From the NCBI GenBank assembly GCA_050084515.1, contig CM114271.1, positions 42,346,001 to 42,410,000 of the forward strand: DNA of 64,000 nt, written 5' to 3'. The DNA comes from Blasia pusilla. Its lineage: Eukaryota. The notes under the pieces are model-generated. The model ran no database searches. It was not told the DNA's origin and saw nothing but the letters and a program-made list of their open reading frames with translations. Positions 1-13,210 of this stretch are shown in pieces. The first letter of the stretch is position 1; each line of letters begins with the position of its first letter. Made by a program: the position numbers and the translations under genes.

Positions 1-53
1 TGCCTGTTGGAGATATACCGACTAAACTTCAGCTCCGCTCGGTGAAAACATGA

Positions 54-56
<3 letters not shown>

Positions 57-106
<50 letters not shown>

Positions 107-156
107 ATTACAAAAATGGCAGTGGAAATGAGTCACGCACCAGCTGGAGGCGGTTT

Positions 157-205
<49 letters not shown>

Positions 206-339
206 ATTACAAAAATGGCAGTGGAAATGAGTCACGCACCAGCTGGAGGCGGTTTGTGTGTGTGTGTGTGTCTCTCTCTCTCTGTGATTACAAAAATGGC
301 AGTGGAAATGAGTCACGCACCAGCTGGAGGCGGTTTGTG
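57..339. repeat. Three identical 56-bp units (104-159, 203-258, 284-339) separated by (CT)n/(GT)n microsatellites
   Basis: Unit GTGATTACAAAAATGGCAGTGG...GGCGGTTTGTG is seen three times; the spacers are pure dinucleotide repeats. Confidence 0.95.
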
Positions 340-721
340 CTATCCTCAGCTCGATGAGGATGTAGCTGAGAATCGATGCCAGAAGGATCGGTGCAGCTTG
401 GAAGATAAACACGGAACCTATACAGCACAAAAGACATGGTGAGTCTCAGCCTCCTTACCTCCCTCAAAACCTCGTCAAGTCATACCTAAGCCGTATGAGA
501 ACGTTGCGCAACCTGCCTCTCTCACCCAAATGCCACGTTCAAATTGGGTGCAAACCTTGCGCTCCCAAGAATTTCGAGTCCAGATGGTCATCCACCCTTG
601 CGAGAAACCTTCTGCCCGCTCCCAGAGGTTCGAGTATCCAGTAGGATACCCAAAACGCCAGCGAGAGTGCGATGAGCAGTTCCACAGTGCGCTTGGCTAC
701 TACCACCACGATCGGGCCCAT
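321..721 (-). CDS. Exons 1-2 (721-556, 417-321) of a putative ferric-chelate reductase (FRO-like) membrane protein; the gene probably continues off the left edge
   Basis: A GT donor after CAAG (555) and a TAG acceptor (420-418) join in phase to give ...LLIALSLAFWVSYWILEP...SKFLGAQG-SVFIFQAAPILLASILSYILIEL. This resembles plant FRO N-termini (TM-WIxxP...SxxFGxQG-TM). There is a second donor GTGCGT at 320. The next acceptor is not resolved. Confidence 0.5.
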
Positions 722-1441
722 TCTTTCCCTGGAGATTTCCAGCTGCAGCGAAGAGTGTCGTGCTGCTACCGTCTTCCAGCGGTCCGCTCACGCACTCGTT
801 CACCAGTGAGCCTTCACGAGCATGCCTCCCGAATTCTTGGACCCCATTTGTTCATCACACTCACTCGGAGTCGAGTCTCGAACTCGAACTCACGCGAGGA
901 GGCAAAAACCTCCCGCGGTGCAGTAGAACTGTCATGCACTATGACCGGACGTACGGTCAGACAGATTGAGATTCGGCATTCCTCTCTGACTACCGTCACT
1001 ACCCACGAGCTCGAGTAATGGGAAGCAAGAAAGATATCAAGAAAGAGAAGCTCATAAGAGCGATTGAGCGGAAAGCGCTTCTTCACCAGACTGTTCACTG
1101 TTGCAGCGACCGCAAGATCCAGCAGAACCGAAATTGATTGACGCGCGGACAAATGCACAATCAATGCGGCTCGCCGCAGTTGCGAGCCCGACTCTGCCGA
1201 CTCTGCCCGAGTCCTTCGTCAGTCAGTCAGTCCGCTGCATCCGGATCCGCAGAAATTACTTCTATCCGCTCAGTCCACTCTCTAGTCAGAGAGAGAGCAC
1301 CATGCGCCGATCCCAAACTGCTCACCTCTCGTCTTGCGCGGCTCTTTATACCACCCGCTTCCCGGCGACGACCATCTCTGCCATAGCTCTTGCGAAGTTG
1401 GGAAATCTGTCGTGGTTTCGACATTGGTTATTATGTTTGAA

Positions 1442-1468
1442 CTAGTGTGCGGCCCGTGCTTTCACGGG
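1442..1468 (-). mobile_element. Helitron-like 3' terminus
   Basis: Minus strand reads hairpin CCCGTG-AAAG-CACGGG, 7 nt, then CTAG|T. It coincides with a GC-rich to AT-rich switch. Confidence 0.55.
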
Positions 1469-4400
1469 ACTAATCTCGTTGGGAAAAAAAATTTCTTGTC
1501 GTCATTGTCAAAGATTTTTTCTTGTCCCTCCTCTTGCACTCCCTCCCATAATAATATAGAAAGATGTAGGATGACTTTTTTCATTTAACTATGGAAATCC
1601 ACCGTGCGTTCGTTTAGGTTTGACGGAGAAAATTCATGTCTATTTTTGGAATTTCCTATTTGAGAGGCAACGTTTCTTCTATGTATAGTGGGACGATTCA
1701 TAATAAAAAATTCAATTATTGTCCATGTTTTCAAAAGATTGTTTTTAGTTCGGTTGTCATGCGTCAAGTAGATGTATGGAAATGAACAAGGTATTCTCCC
1801 ATAACATGGAAAAAAATTAGATTATATTATAGATTTTCTTATAGGAAATATCTTTAATAAAAATTACTAATTCTTGATTTTTTGTATCAAAAGTAGTAAT
1901 TTGCTATCCATGGAATATAATGGATTACACCAATGACAAGAAGATATGTAAATCCAAAATTCAAACAAGAGGAAATAAAAAAGGGGGTTGATTATTTCTA
2001 ACCACTAAAATCATACGTGAAAACTATCCCATATGCAATTAAATATTTGCACGGGCCTAATTTTCTAACGATCTTTGATCTACAAATATTTTTTTACTGG
2101 ATACTAGGCTGAAAAAAGAGAAATGAATAACTTCCATTTGTAAAAGCCTTTAGACACATTTCAACAATGATGTCTCAATTCTATATTTTAACATGCAAGG
2201 AGCCAACACCCAATAAGAGAACAAATAAATGTCCTACTTAAGACTTTAGATGGTGAAAATCTTGTGTAGGAATCTGAAAATTTGACCTGAGCCCCGTTAC
2301 TTGAAAAATAAAACTATCTCACCCTTCAAATTAGAAAAAAAATGAAAATTCCTTTCTCTTATCCTACACCCATGTCCACAGTTGTTTTCTTAATTCACTC
2401 CCCTCATTTTGGAAACAAGTGGACGTCCGTGTGATGCACATTATCATTTAAAATAATTAGAACAAATTACCTTGTAACTAACCCCCCAAAATCTTAATTA
2501 CCTTCTCACATCAACTTTGAAAAAATCTTATTGGTTAAGAAATCAAATGATCCTATTGGCTAAGAGAGCCACATGTCAACACAAGGGGAGTTCGGAAATC
2601 AAAGGGGCGCTATGTAATAATGACATAGATGATTGTTATCAAATTCCCACTTTCATTTTATGTTCTCTTTTTTTCCAAAATATTTTGCTGAGTAAAACTC
2701 GGAAAAAATAATTAAGTTACTTTGTAAATATTTTTTCGCAAACGGGGAAATTTAATAAATATAACTTGGGAGAGAAAACCAAATTTAAAAAATACGCTCA
2801 ATGAGAAAGTAATTTTAAATATTCCTATGTAAACTTCTCTTTTCCAAGTAAACCATGGTTAACCTAACTCAACCCAACTTGAGGATCTCTAGGGCTAAAG
2901 GGTTATGTAAAGATATGTTAGAAGATCTAAGGAGCACAACTTTAAAGTGAGAGAACCTCTTTAGGCTAGCCATACCAAACCTTTGAAATTAGAAAGGTTA
3001 AAAAAATAAGATGTGAAATTTCAAAATTCGAACATCCCAATTCTTCTCCAATGTTTGTACTAGATTTTAATACTAGCTAGATATGTAAAAAGGACAATGT
3101 CAAGATGATCATTCATACATGTGATATGTCACATCTTTACAACTACCAAAAAAGTAGTACTTCTAATAAATTAGACAAGTTGGCCAATCAAACCCTTGTG
3201 AATTGGACTAAAATAAAATCACATACTTAAAAATGTGTAAGATTTATCTTCGTATAAATCCCGTTGGGACTACAAATCTCCCTTACTTTACTCCTACATT
3301 GTGTCACTGCCTTCACATCCTCTACTCCAATTTACCATCCTACATGCAAGTTGAAGACATTTAGGGTATGATTGCAACAACTTACAAAAACCCATTTGGA
3401 CAATCTCTCTCTAAACCTCAATTAGGCTATGCTAAAAATCTTTATAAATATCATCTCAATCAAGGAGAAGCAGCAACTTGAGATGGTTACAAAGGAGGCA
3501 CATCATAGGGGAGATAATGGCTAAATTTGTAGGTCATCTTGTATATATTAACCCTGTAATTATTAACTCACCAAAAAATAATGATTTGCAATTTTACTTC
3601 TTGTAAGTTATGTATGCCAAATTTCCTCTTTTTTTTGCAAATCAGTCTTGAAAAAATCCTACCAACCTTCGATATGAGATTCTAGGTAAATCCATAGTTC
3701 ACATCAAGGTGATGTTTAGATAGTGAGATAGGTACGTGAACAAATACCAGCCATCTTCAATTGACTCAATTCATAAATTATGTCAATTGAAATAAATTTT
3801 AAATGATAATTTATGATACTTTTATTTAAATAATAATAACATATATATGCACAAGAGGAAAATATATATGTATGAACATATTAAAATTTTCAATATTTAA
3901 AAAACTTTCGTGAAAAAAAACATAAGAAATCCTCAAGAATACAATAAATATTAATGTAATGATCCATACTTCCAAAAGAAACCGTCTTTCGTAAAAATAT
4001 TCATATTTAAGACATTATTACGCAAGCATCACGTGTGGATCGTGAACATCCTCACCATCTACATATAGAAGGGTATTTTTTAATTTCAATACATAAATCA
4101 ATATCTAAATGACTAATGACGACATTAAAAGAAATTAGACGAGTGCCCTCGGAAAATCGTGTCGCTTGTAAACGAGAGGAACCAATACGTTACTATGACC
4201 TTTGGTGTAACATTTTGTATCATTGGTGGAAATCAGGCACTATGGATATCTATGGAGAAGAGAACAAACACATGTTAATTTCTGAAAATAAAAGGTGAGA
4301 ATTGGTTATTCAAGCAAATGAATAAAATAAAAGGGAAAGAAGCCTCAACCAACTAAATCAAATAGTAGAATCTTACTTCTCCCATAAATATAGTCAAAAT

Positions 4401-5641
4401 GTTGTCGAGACTTGTACCGGTGATTCCACGGTACCCAAAAGAATTCAGGATTGCTTAACCAAATTCCCAAGGGCCGTTTATTGAGAACATTCGATTGTTT
4501 GAAATGGAACTACTTTTGTTGGCGTGCACTATAAATGTTTTTCTATGTTCCGCTCTCCTTAACTTTGTAATATACTTCTTTGTAATATACTTCTTTGTAA
4601 CGTTTAGAGTGTCGGGGGAAAGTATTTCATGTGCACGATGAAATTAAATAAAGTGATCAAATTTAGAAAGTAACATTCAGAAGATTGTATTTTGGGAAAA
4701 TCATTCTAATGTTGACAATAAGTTTTTCTTGCATATGAGCAAGTCTACATGTGAAAATACGCCCACGCTATGGGAAACATTATAGTTACAAGTTTGTTTT
4801 AATCATTTTATTTCTCTTCCTTTAATTGATATCCTTTTCGCTATTTGCGAGGTTACTTCCTAAAAGATACTCCCATGGGTGGGCAAGTTGAACATACAAA
4901 TTTTTTGTTTAACAACTCTTACAATCGTTCACTCGCTTAACTTGGGTTGTCTCGAAGGCATAATTTTTAAACCTTGCATTTTCCTCCCATGCCTAAGCCC
5001 ATTTTTCTATTTTCCAATACCTTATAACTTAAATACGAGAGGCATTCGATGAGAACTTTACTAGCAAAGCCCCATAGTTTCTCATTAGCCCAAAGGTAAG
5101 CCATTAATCTACACATCCATTATGAATGATATCCTTTTGCAACATGGTAGTGATTGATAAGATCTCACAAACTAATCTTCTCCTGGATCAGATATTAGTT
5201 TATTATGATTACTTTGCACATTCTCTAAGAAATTGAGTGTTGCAAGTCCCAAACACACTCAACTCATATAACTATTTCCAAAGTATGTTACGAGAAAGTT
5301 CTTGCAAGACCTTTTGCAGATTATTTAACACACATGCACTTGCAAATTCTCTCTTAAAAAAACATGCAAAAACTTTGAAAAAAATATGTTAATTTGTGCT
5401 AACCTACCCTTCACTTGTGCCCCCTCAGTTTTTCCATTTTATCTCCTTTCTACAAGCTTCCCTCCCACTTCCTCCTCCACATTTTCTACTTCGTTGGCTT
5501 GCACTTCCTCCGCAATTCAACAAAATTTTACCATATTATTACATATTGAAGAGGGAAATCATACCATTCATGAACACTTGTGAAATTGTAAGTGGATTGT
5601 TGAAAAAATTCAACGAATATTAAATTCAAAGGTCTTAAATG

Positions 5642-5645
<4 letters not shown>

Positions 5646-5692
<47 letters not shown>
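5646..5692. repeat. (CT)n(AT)n compound microsatellite
   Basis: Direct reading. Confidence 0.95.
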
Positions 5693-5693
<1 letters not shown>

Positions 5694-6479
5694 TTTTTTA
5701 ATCCATAAAAAATGCTTATTACCTTATCTTAGATGTTAACTTACGCATATATGTTATATGAACCGGCCCAAGTCACTTTATAAAGTGTCATTGTAAATAT
5801 CTTTATACTTAACTATATACATTGTATGTCTTGAGCTTAGGAATACACAGAAAAATAGGGTTTCACACAAATAAAGTATGTGTCTATGGACTTATATCCA
5901 TACAAGGGACGGACGTGTCTATGCGGGCCCAACCGCATGTCTCTCGCACTCGAGGCCGCCCTACTTGCACATGATAACGCATCGTCCCCCTTGGCTTGGC
6001 TTGCATCCAACCCGTGCAAGAGGGGTACATGCAAGGTGGGATTTTACTTTGTTCTAGTTCTTTTCTGGGGGGCGACACGGGCCCGTGTCTAGCACATTTG
6101 GGAGGGATGCAGATCAAACACGTGTAGAGATTGTGGACTTGACATGGGATAGGATTGCGTTAGGAATGCAAGCCACATTGCGAGAATAAGTATAGGATCA
6201 AATGCAAGAAGGCATTTTCGAACTTTTTTGGACAAGTTTGTCCCAAGGACAAACAAGTTTATTTCTATGCAACCTTGCAAAAAATCCCCTCAAACTCCAC
6301 CTACTATCCTTTACACCAAAATATAAATCTCTATGTATTATCTTGTGAAGATGTTAGCCAGTTTTTTATGTGTGTTCACTTAAATAATCTCTACTTCACT
6401 TGTCAAGACTCTCTCCCGAATGAAAGGATAATGCACTTCAATATACTTTGTCCTTCTCTAAAAGACTTAATTTCTTACC

Positions 6480-7370
6480 AAATGAATGCTACTTAAGTTA
6501 TTTGCATAGAGGGTAGTTGGATTTGAACATTCTAAGCCTATATCCACATTAAAACTGTTGAACGAAACTAATCCATATGTTTCCGTGGTTACTCTTATGT
6601 GTTCACCCTTTATTTATGATGATCCAAAAATTGGTTGCTTCTTTGAAGGTCAACATATTACAACAATGCCAAATTGGAATACATATCTGAAAGTGAATAT
6701 TCTTTTAAGGGCACTCCCTATCCAATTTATATCATGATATCTATGTATATCTAAAGGTTGTGACGATAACTAGTGAAGTTAAGATTAAATAATGAACTTC
6801 ATACATCCCAAGACTAACTTCATTATATCAAGTTGGGTTTCTTTAGTGAATTCATAAACCTCATAATACAGATAGGGCCTTATGATAGTCAAATACACCA
6901 AGTTGCCAAACATACCACAATATGTATTGGAGTTACTTATCTCATCATCTTCATCCACTCTAAGCTTCACACTCTATTTAATGACATTGAGACTAGCTTG
7001 GATGCTTTCATATCAAACTCATAAAGATGATCAACATTGTATTGGCCTCAAAGTAGCCATGTATAACTTCCAGACTTTATGATATCTATACCAAAAAAGT
7101 CAATGAGTTCTCCTAATTCTCTCATCTCAAACTGTGCTTATAATTGCACTTTATATTTTATATCAATTGTGTGCTAGTACCAAACACAATCAAATCATCA
7201 ACATCAACTATGATCAACATCATGTATCTTTAAGAACTTAGCGAATAAAGTGAGGAATATGAATTTTTAACCTAAATACAAGGCATTTTAAGAACTTATT
7301 AATCTTACAATACCAAGCTCTGGAACCTTGTTTGAGTCCATAAATAGCATCTCTCAGTTGCATAGTAGAG
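6480..7370 (-). pseudogene. Ty1/Copia RT/RNase H remnant
   Basis: AIYGLKQGSRAWY (Copia LYGLKQAPRAW), a YVDDLI-like motif, many stops. Boundaries approximate. Confidence 0.75.
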
Positions 7371-8977
7371 AATGATAATTTGGATGCTCGTATCGATGGG
7401 GTTGAACAAAACATCAGAAGAGTCATACAATGTGTTGGTAGGGAGTATGGTGTTGTATCCCCTTAGGTTTATCCTTGATTTTTTGTAGGAGATAGTTGCC
7501 TATTGGCCAAGGTGGAAATCAGGTGATGGAAGGATGAATGAGCGACTCATTGTATTTTTTTGGTGTTGTGATGGTCCACCATGAGATGCTATGAATACTT
7601 TGGTAGCATTTATTGGTAGATTAGTTGGCCAAGAGAGTTATTGGAGGGGGGAAATTCAAATAACATTATGAGAAAGGATAGTCCCAAGAAGAGACATGCC
7701 ATGTTGAGTGATGCCTCTTCCCATGGTACGGATAGTACTTCGCCATTATAGGATACGAGTAAAAATGAGGGAAGATGAGCTCATGAGGCAAGCGTGGAGC
7801 CATGGCTTTGTTCGAGTGTAGGTAGAGTCATGTGGCACTACATGGCAGATTTTGGCACCCTTGGATTCCACACCCGTTGTGTGACATGGCTCATAAGAAG
7901 GTGTGAGAGTGCTAGAACTATTTGGAGGGATGTAGTATTACAAGTTGGCATACGAGTATATCAACATGTATATATTGAGAGAGATGAGATTGACGAGTCT
8001 CATTATTCCATGTATCGAGGTTGGTCCAACAATATCTTGAATTGTTGCCGATACCAACATTTCCCAATGATATTTCATTGTCGGGGACGCAAGATCTTGA
8101 TATGATTGGAACCATAGATTTGGTGGTATTTTGATGGTCATGTCAAGGTCATTCATCGAGCAAACAAGGATTTAGGTAGCATGATTTGAGGTTGATCATG
8201 TTTTGGGAGATGTTGCAGGTACTATGATACTTGTAAGAGATGCAAACATGCTCTGCATATACCTTTATGGAAAATGTGTTGTTAGGAGGTGCTTGTGCAT
8301 CTATGATGAGGAATATGTATTAAGAAAGGACTTGGTTAGGACCATGACTATTCTTAGATATGGAGAATATTGCATTGTGTGCACATCGTTCATTGTTAAG
8401 ATGGAAAAACCTTCTACCATGAGAGGTACTAAGTATAGAAATCATAATTCTACTTCTCTCAGATCTTACTTTTAAAACTTTAAAAGCACAGAAAGATAGG
8501 AGATCCTGACAGGATCTTCCACTGAACCATGTACATGAGGGTAATCACTTACAAACTTGAAAGAGCAAATATGAAATGGATTGTATGCAAAACTAGTATG
8601 CAACTTCTATTGAGAACTTGGTGGTTGGCAACGCAACACCTTATTAGAATACACAAGACCTATAGAGAGGTGGTCTAAACCAAAATGCAAGAGTATGTGC
8701 TAAATTGGTTCTTTGAGCATTCTACACACCAATACACATTCCTTCTTAGTTGAGCAAGGCACCGGCAAAGCTTCAGATATGTAGGAGCTAATCTCAAAAC
8801 ACATAGCCGTAGAGGGCAGGAGTAGAAGTGAATCAAAGAAGTAGGAAAGAGAGAGGGAGTTATATAGTTTCCTAGAAGAGACCAATAGAGGGGACCACTG
8901 CATGGTAAGGCAAGGTGGAAGGGCCAGCACAACAGGAGCACGCGACACACTAGGAATAGGCTAGCACATTATGAGCA

Positions 8978-9080
8978 GGCCAACACAACAGGGGTAGGCC
9001 ATCACAACAGGGGCAAGCCAACACAACAGGGATAGGCCAACACAATAGGGGTAGGCTAGCACAACAAGGGTAGGCCATCA
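8978..9080. repeat. ~19-bp tandem repeat (GGCCAACACAACAGGGGTA), about 5-6 degenerate copies
   Basis: Direct reading. Confidence 0.8.
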
Positions 9081-9399
9081 TACCATGTGCACAATTTAAC
9101 ATAACCAAAACTAACAATAATAGTCTAAGAGGCAACTAGTAAACTAACTGAGACTTGTAACCATGGTAAACTTTCAACCATAGTTTGCAGAACTAACCAT
9201 AGTTAAAAAACTGAAAGAAAACAATAGACAATTTTATGTGAAATCCTAACACTAAGGTGAGCTTTTGAGGAGTTCAAAGAGTAGCGCACTTGACAGTGGA
9301 TGTTACTTTAGATCTAGGATGGAAATCTTAGGTGATGATTCATGATGATAGACCACCCTTTTTGGTCGCCAATGTGGCGAGAGAGTTGAAGGCAAATTT

Positions 9400-10137
9400 A
9401 GCTACATTTGTGACCTTTTCTGACATCCCATGCCTTTCGTGAGGGAGGACTTTATATGATATGGAGTGCATTGGAGTCCAATGATGACCTCCAAAACTCA
9501 CTCCCTTGGACTTGGCTTGGTGTTTACACCCCAATGCTAACCTCCTGATCCATTCCATGCCCTTGGTTTACCTTGTAGATCCCGAAAGTAGAGTTCATGT
9601 CCCAAGCACCCTTAGATGTCCTCCCTCTTATATATAATTATGGGGTTCTCTGACCTCCCCCTACCCTTTGGGAAAGTCGTCTTGGCCCGCTCCTTTTGGC
9701 CCTCAACCTAACTGTCCTTTTGACTGTTTTTGGGCAGTTTTTCAATCTCTACCATGCATTTTTTGGGATCATTGGTGCGTTGGAATTGGCTTTGCATAAT
9801 ATTTCCAATGCCACTTTACTTGTCCCAAATGCATCTTGGGTCTAGCTGTTATGACCTGAAACAAAGTAAGACACCAAACGCTCATCAAGTTCCAATTCCC
9901 ATTCTCATCCTCTTTGGCAACCCACTCTTCTTAGACTCAATTCTTATCAAGTTGTGGTTCACATTTGGTCCACGTTTCATGAATTGAGATCATTAACACA
10001 TGAAATGCTGAGCCTTGCTCACATCTCGCATCTCATGTCTCCTCAAGAGATTTCTCTGACTTGCATCCATCATAGTATGAGCTACTAGCGTCGTGATATT
10101 TTGCATCGGCGCACGTTTGGTTATAAAGTTCATGACA
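9400..10137. repeat. Degenerate LTR related to the chromovirus LTR at 20807-21790
   Basis: Shared blocks such as CCTTTGGGAA, GTGCGTTGGAA and CCAAACGCT; ends GGTTATAAAGTTCATGACA versus GTTATGAGGGTTGCGACA. Left boundary approximate. Confidence 0.5.
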
Positions 10138-13100
10138 ATTTTAGGCCTAGAAACGATGCCTACTCATAAATATGTCGAGAAATGGGGTTTTTTTGGCTTA
10201 CTTGAGCCAATTAAACAAGATTATAGAGACAATGTACACGTTTTTTAATGGGGAATGCTTGTTTCGTGGGCCATGGCACATTTCTGTTGTTATGTGTTTG
10301 TCAACCCTTTTACGCTCATCATTGACCATCAACCATTAAGATGGTTGATGGAGGCTTAAAAACGAGCTCATTAGATAGGTTATATTACTATAAGAGTATC
10401 ATTTTCAAGTGGCTCATATGCTAGGTTGGTTGAACCAAAATGCAGATGGGTTGAGTTGTAACCAATGTTCAGGTTAGAGAGATGAGACATTAGCTCGATG
10501 ACAATGAGAGAATAATGAGGAGATGATTTCATCTTGGCATGCATTTTCCTTCCTATGTTGGTAGACTATATCAGTCCAATAGCATCCAACAACTCTAGTG
10601 GATGGGGTCGGATGATGAGTTTCCATTGACTCTCTAGATCTAGAGATCAATAAGGAGGCGACATGTAGCTAGTCGTGATATCCATGATGATGATGATGAT
10701 GCGGTTGTAGAATACTTACATAGTGGTGTCATAACGAGCATAAAGAGTTTTAGAAAGCAAGATCAAATCCTACTAAGAGCCATGAGGTTCAAGTAGCAAA
10801 CGACGAATGTGGGAGAGTAGTAGAGCACAAGTGGTGCCTCATCCTTCCTAGCAAGTATGTGTTATAAAACATAAATGTGAGGAGTTGGGGCATTTTGGAG
10901 TAAAGCGTACCTGCATCTTACTCATGGTTCAATACTGATAGTATGACATGCAGATTGATATTCGATTGTTTGTAGCCAAATGTATGGTGTGCAATCAAGT
11001 ACGAGCATCCTTCGATGCTCATATCCCATCAAAATATTTTTTTATCATGGGATTAGGTTATTTGTGGAGTCTACACTTTGTGAGACCTTTGGTATTTGTG
11101 AGGCATCCTCAAAGGTACATGTTGATCATGATGAAGCATTTCTCCAAATGGATTAAGTTGGTGGCACTATTGAATAAGGCAAGCGAGGGACCAGATTACA
11201 CATTTTTTGATTGTGTGTTGAGTCATTATGGTGCATGAGTATAAGTGTTGATGGATCAAGGTACCAAGTTTGAGGAGAGTTTTAGACCTTGTGTGATTAG
11301 GTGCTAATAGATCGCCCTACCACATCTAGGAATTATCATGACGCGGATGGGTTGGCGAAGAGAGTAGCGTAGGTAGTAAAGAGAGGGCTTCACAATTATG
11401 GCTTAGAGTGGGGATATTTAAGGGAGTGGAACCTATAGTTACCATGTTCGGCTACGGGGTATCACTTCAATCGGCAAACATCCTTGTCATCATTTTCAAT
11501 GTACTTTTTGCTCCATGGGAGATTGCGACTTACTTACAACCATTCAAAATTACATAGAAAATTAAGGTATTGAAACTTGATGACCTTGGTATATGGATAC
11601 AAGCATGTTCTCATACGACAAAGATATTTTGCAGACTTATCCCCATGGTTTTTGAGAACTTAGTTATTGCTCAACATAAGAATACAGTAAGTGATGTGAC
11701 CATTCATGGAGCATTATATTTTATAGGGATTAGGAGATTACGTGTACTTACATTAGGCAAAATTAATGTATTGTTGCATTTTGCGTTTGTACAAGGTGTT
11801 ACCTACCAAAGTCCACAAAATGGAGGAATATGATGGGATGGTTTGGAAGGATCATGGGTGTAATTTTGTGCCATATCATCTTCCTAATGTGGATGGAAGA
11901 ATACATCCAACCTTGGTTTTGGTACTTGGAGGCTTGAGATATATATTATGTGGAACTACAGGAAATACAACCACCATGTTGGTTTATGATGGTTGTTCTA
12001 GATGGTGTCATATGTCATGTTTGACCCCTCCTCTTAACGCGGTTCCCTTGAGATGATGAGTGTATCCCAATGTTTAAAGGATATTAGATTATGTCAAGTG
12101 GATATAATATGTGGTACTTGGAGTTAGCACAACCAAATAATAGATATGGGGACAATTATATGGTCGTGGTGTATGCCTATAGGTATATTTTGATATGTGT
12201 ATGGAAATACCAGTGCGTTGGAAAGATCAACAATGTTTCTTGTGTGGATTTGAATAGCAATATGGATTGAATATAAATATGTTTTTGCATGACTTCCATC
12301 ATGTTATACTTAGCCGATAGATAGCTTTCTATTGTGTTAATGGTGAAGTTAGTCATAAGGTTTTTTGGGCATAAATTTGTCTTGAGTGGTTATATAAGGT
12401 TGGGACAAAGTTATGTTATTTTGGAAAATCACTCTATTTTACTATTTTTTACCAATAATCCCTTGATTGAGTCAATAGTCACTCGATAACATGTTTGAGG
12501 AAGTCACGATTTTGTAGGAGGATATATTTTGGCTCTTCCCAAGGGTATAAAACGTGGGCAAATGGCTCTCACTAGCCATCTTTCTCATTTAAGCCATTGG
12601 AGCTCTCATCCTTTTAGGGTTTGGCAAGAAGAGCTTGTGTGTTAGATTTTGGATTCCCTCACGATGGAGGTTGGATGTGGCTCGATGACTATATGTAGAT
12701 TCAAGACTAGAGTAGGCTATGAGAGACGTATTCACGTCAATTTATGTTTGTGATATCGGTACATACATATATATTGGGAAGATTGAATAATTTTGTTGTA
12801 TAGATGAGAATAGTGATATGTATGCACACAACACCTAGATTGAGTGTGAAGTACGTATGGCACGCCGACATAAGTGTTGACACATATAAGTCATGATTGC
12901 GGATCTAAAGAAGAAAGACCTTAGTGTGACCCACCGAAGACACAACCTAGACTACCTAGTCTTGAAACTAGGAAGGATTGTAGAATTGGCCTTGGGACTA
13001 ATATACGATGAGAAGCGCATGTGTCTTATGACTAATCTTAGACAAGAAAGGGTTTTACTTAGTCTTAGGAAAAAAAAACAAGGAAAGGGGGGTTTGAGAC

Positions 13101-13210
13101 CTTGAAGCCAAATGCTAAGTCAAGGGTGAGAAGCAAGGAATATGTTATGCGCCTAATCTCCTCGAATTTCAATTTAAGTGTTGCGGAAGCATACGTTCAG
13201 TAGGACACGT

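Larger units (their letters stand above)
7431..12833 (+). mobile_element. Decayed copy 2 of the DNMT/PHD Gypsy family (5'-truncated, interrupted ~8.4-10.15 kb)
   Basis: Protease tail (VLYPLGFILD); MTase remnants LQVGIRVYQHVYIERDE and WSCQGHS (8135-8155); integrase (KHFSKWIKLVAL); PHD remnant (11940-12060); terminal B-A-B at 12155-12833. Confidence 0.8.

Noticed and set aside
104-339. CRISPR-like array of identical repeats
   Set aside because: Spacers are CT/GT microsatellites, the repeat is 56 bp and non-palindromic, there are no cas genes, and the context is eukaryotic.
50-442. Plus-strand ORFs with SL repeats and a GTGAGT donor at 439
   Set aside because: Products of microsatellite translation; the minus-strand spliced FRO-like reading is more coherent.
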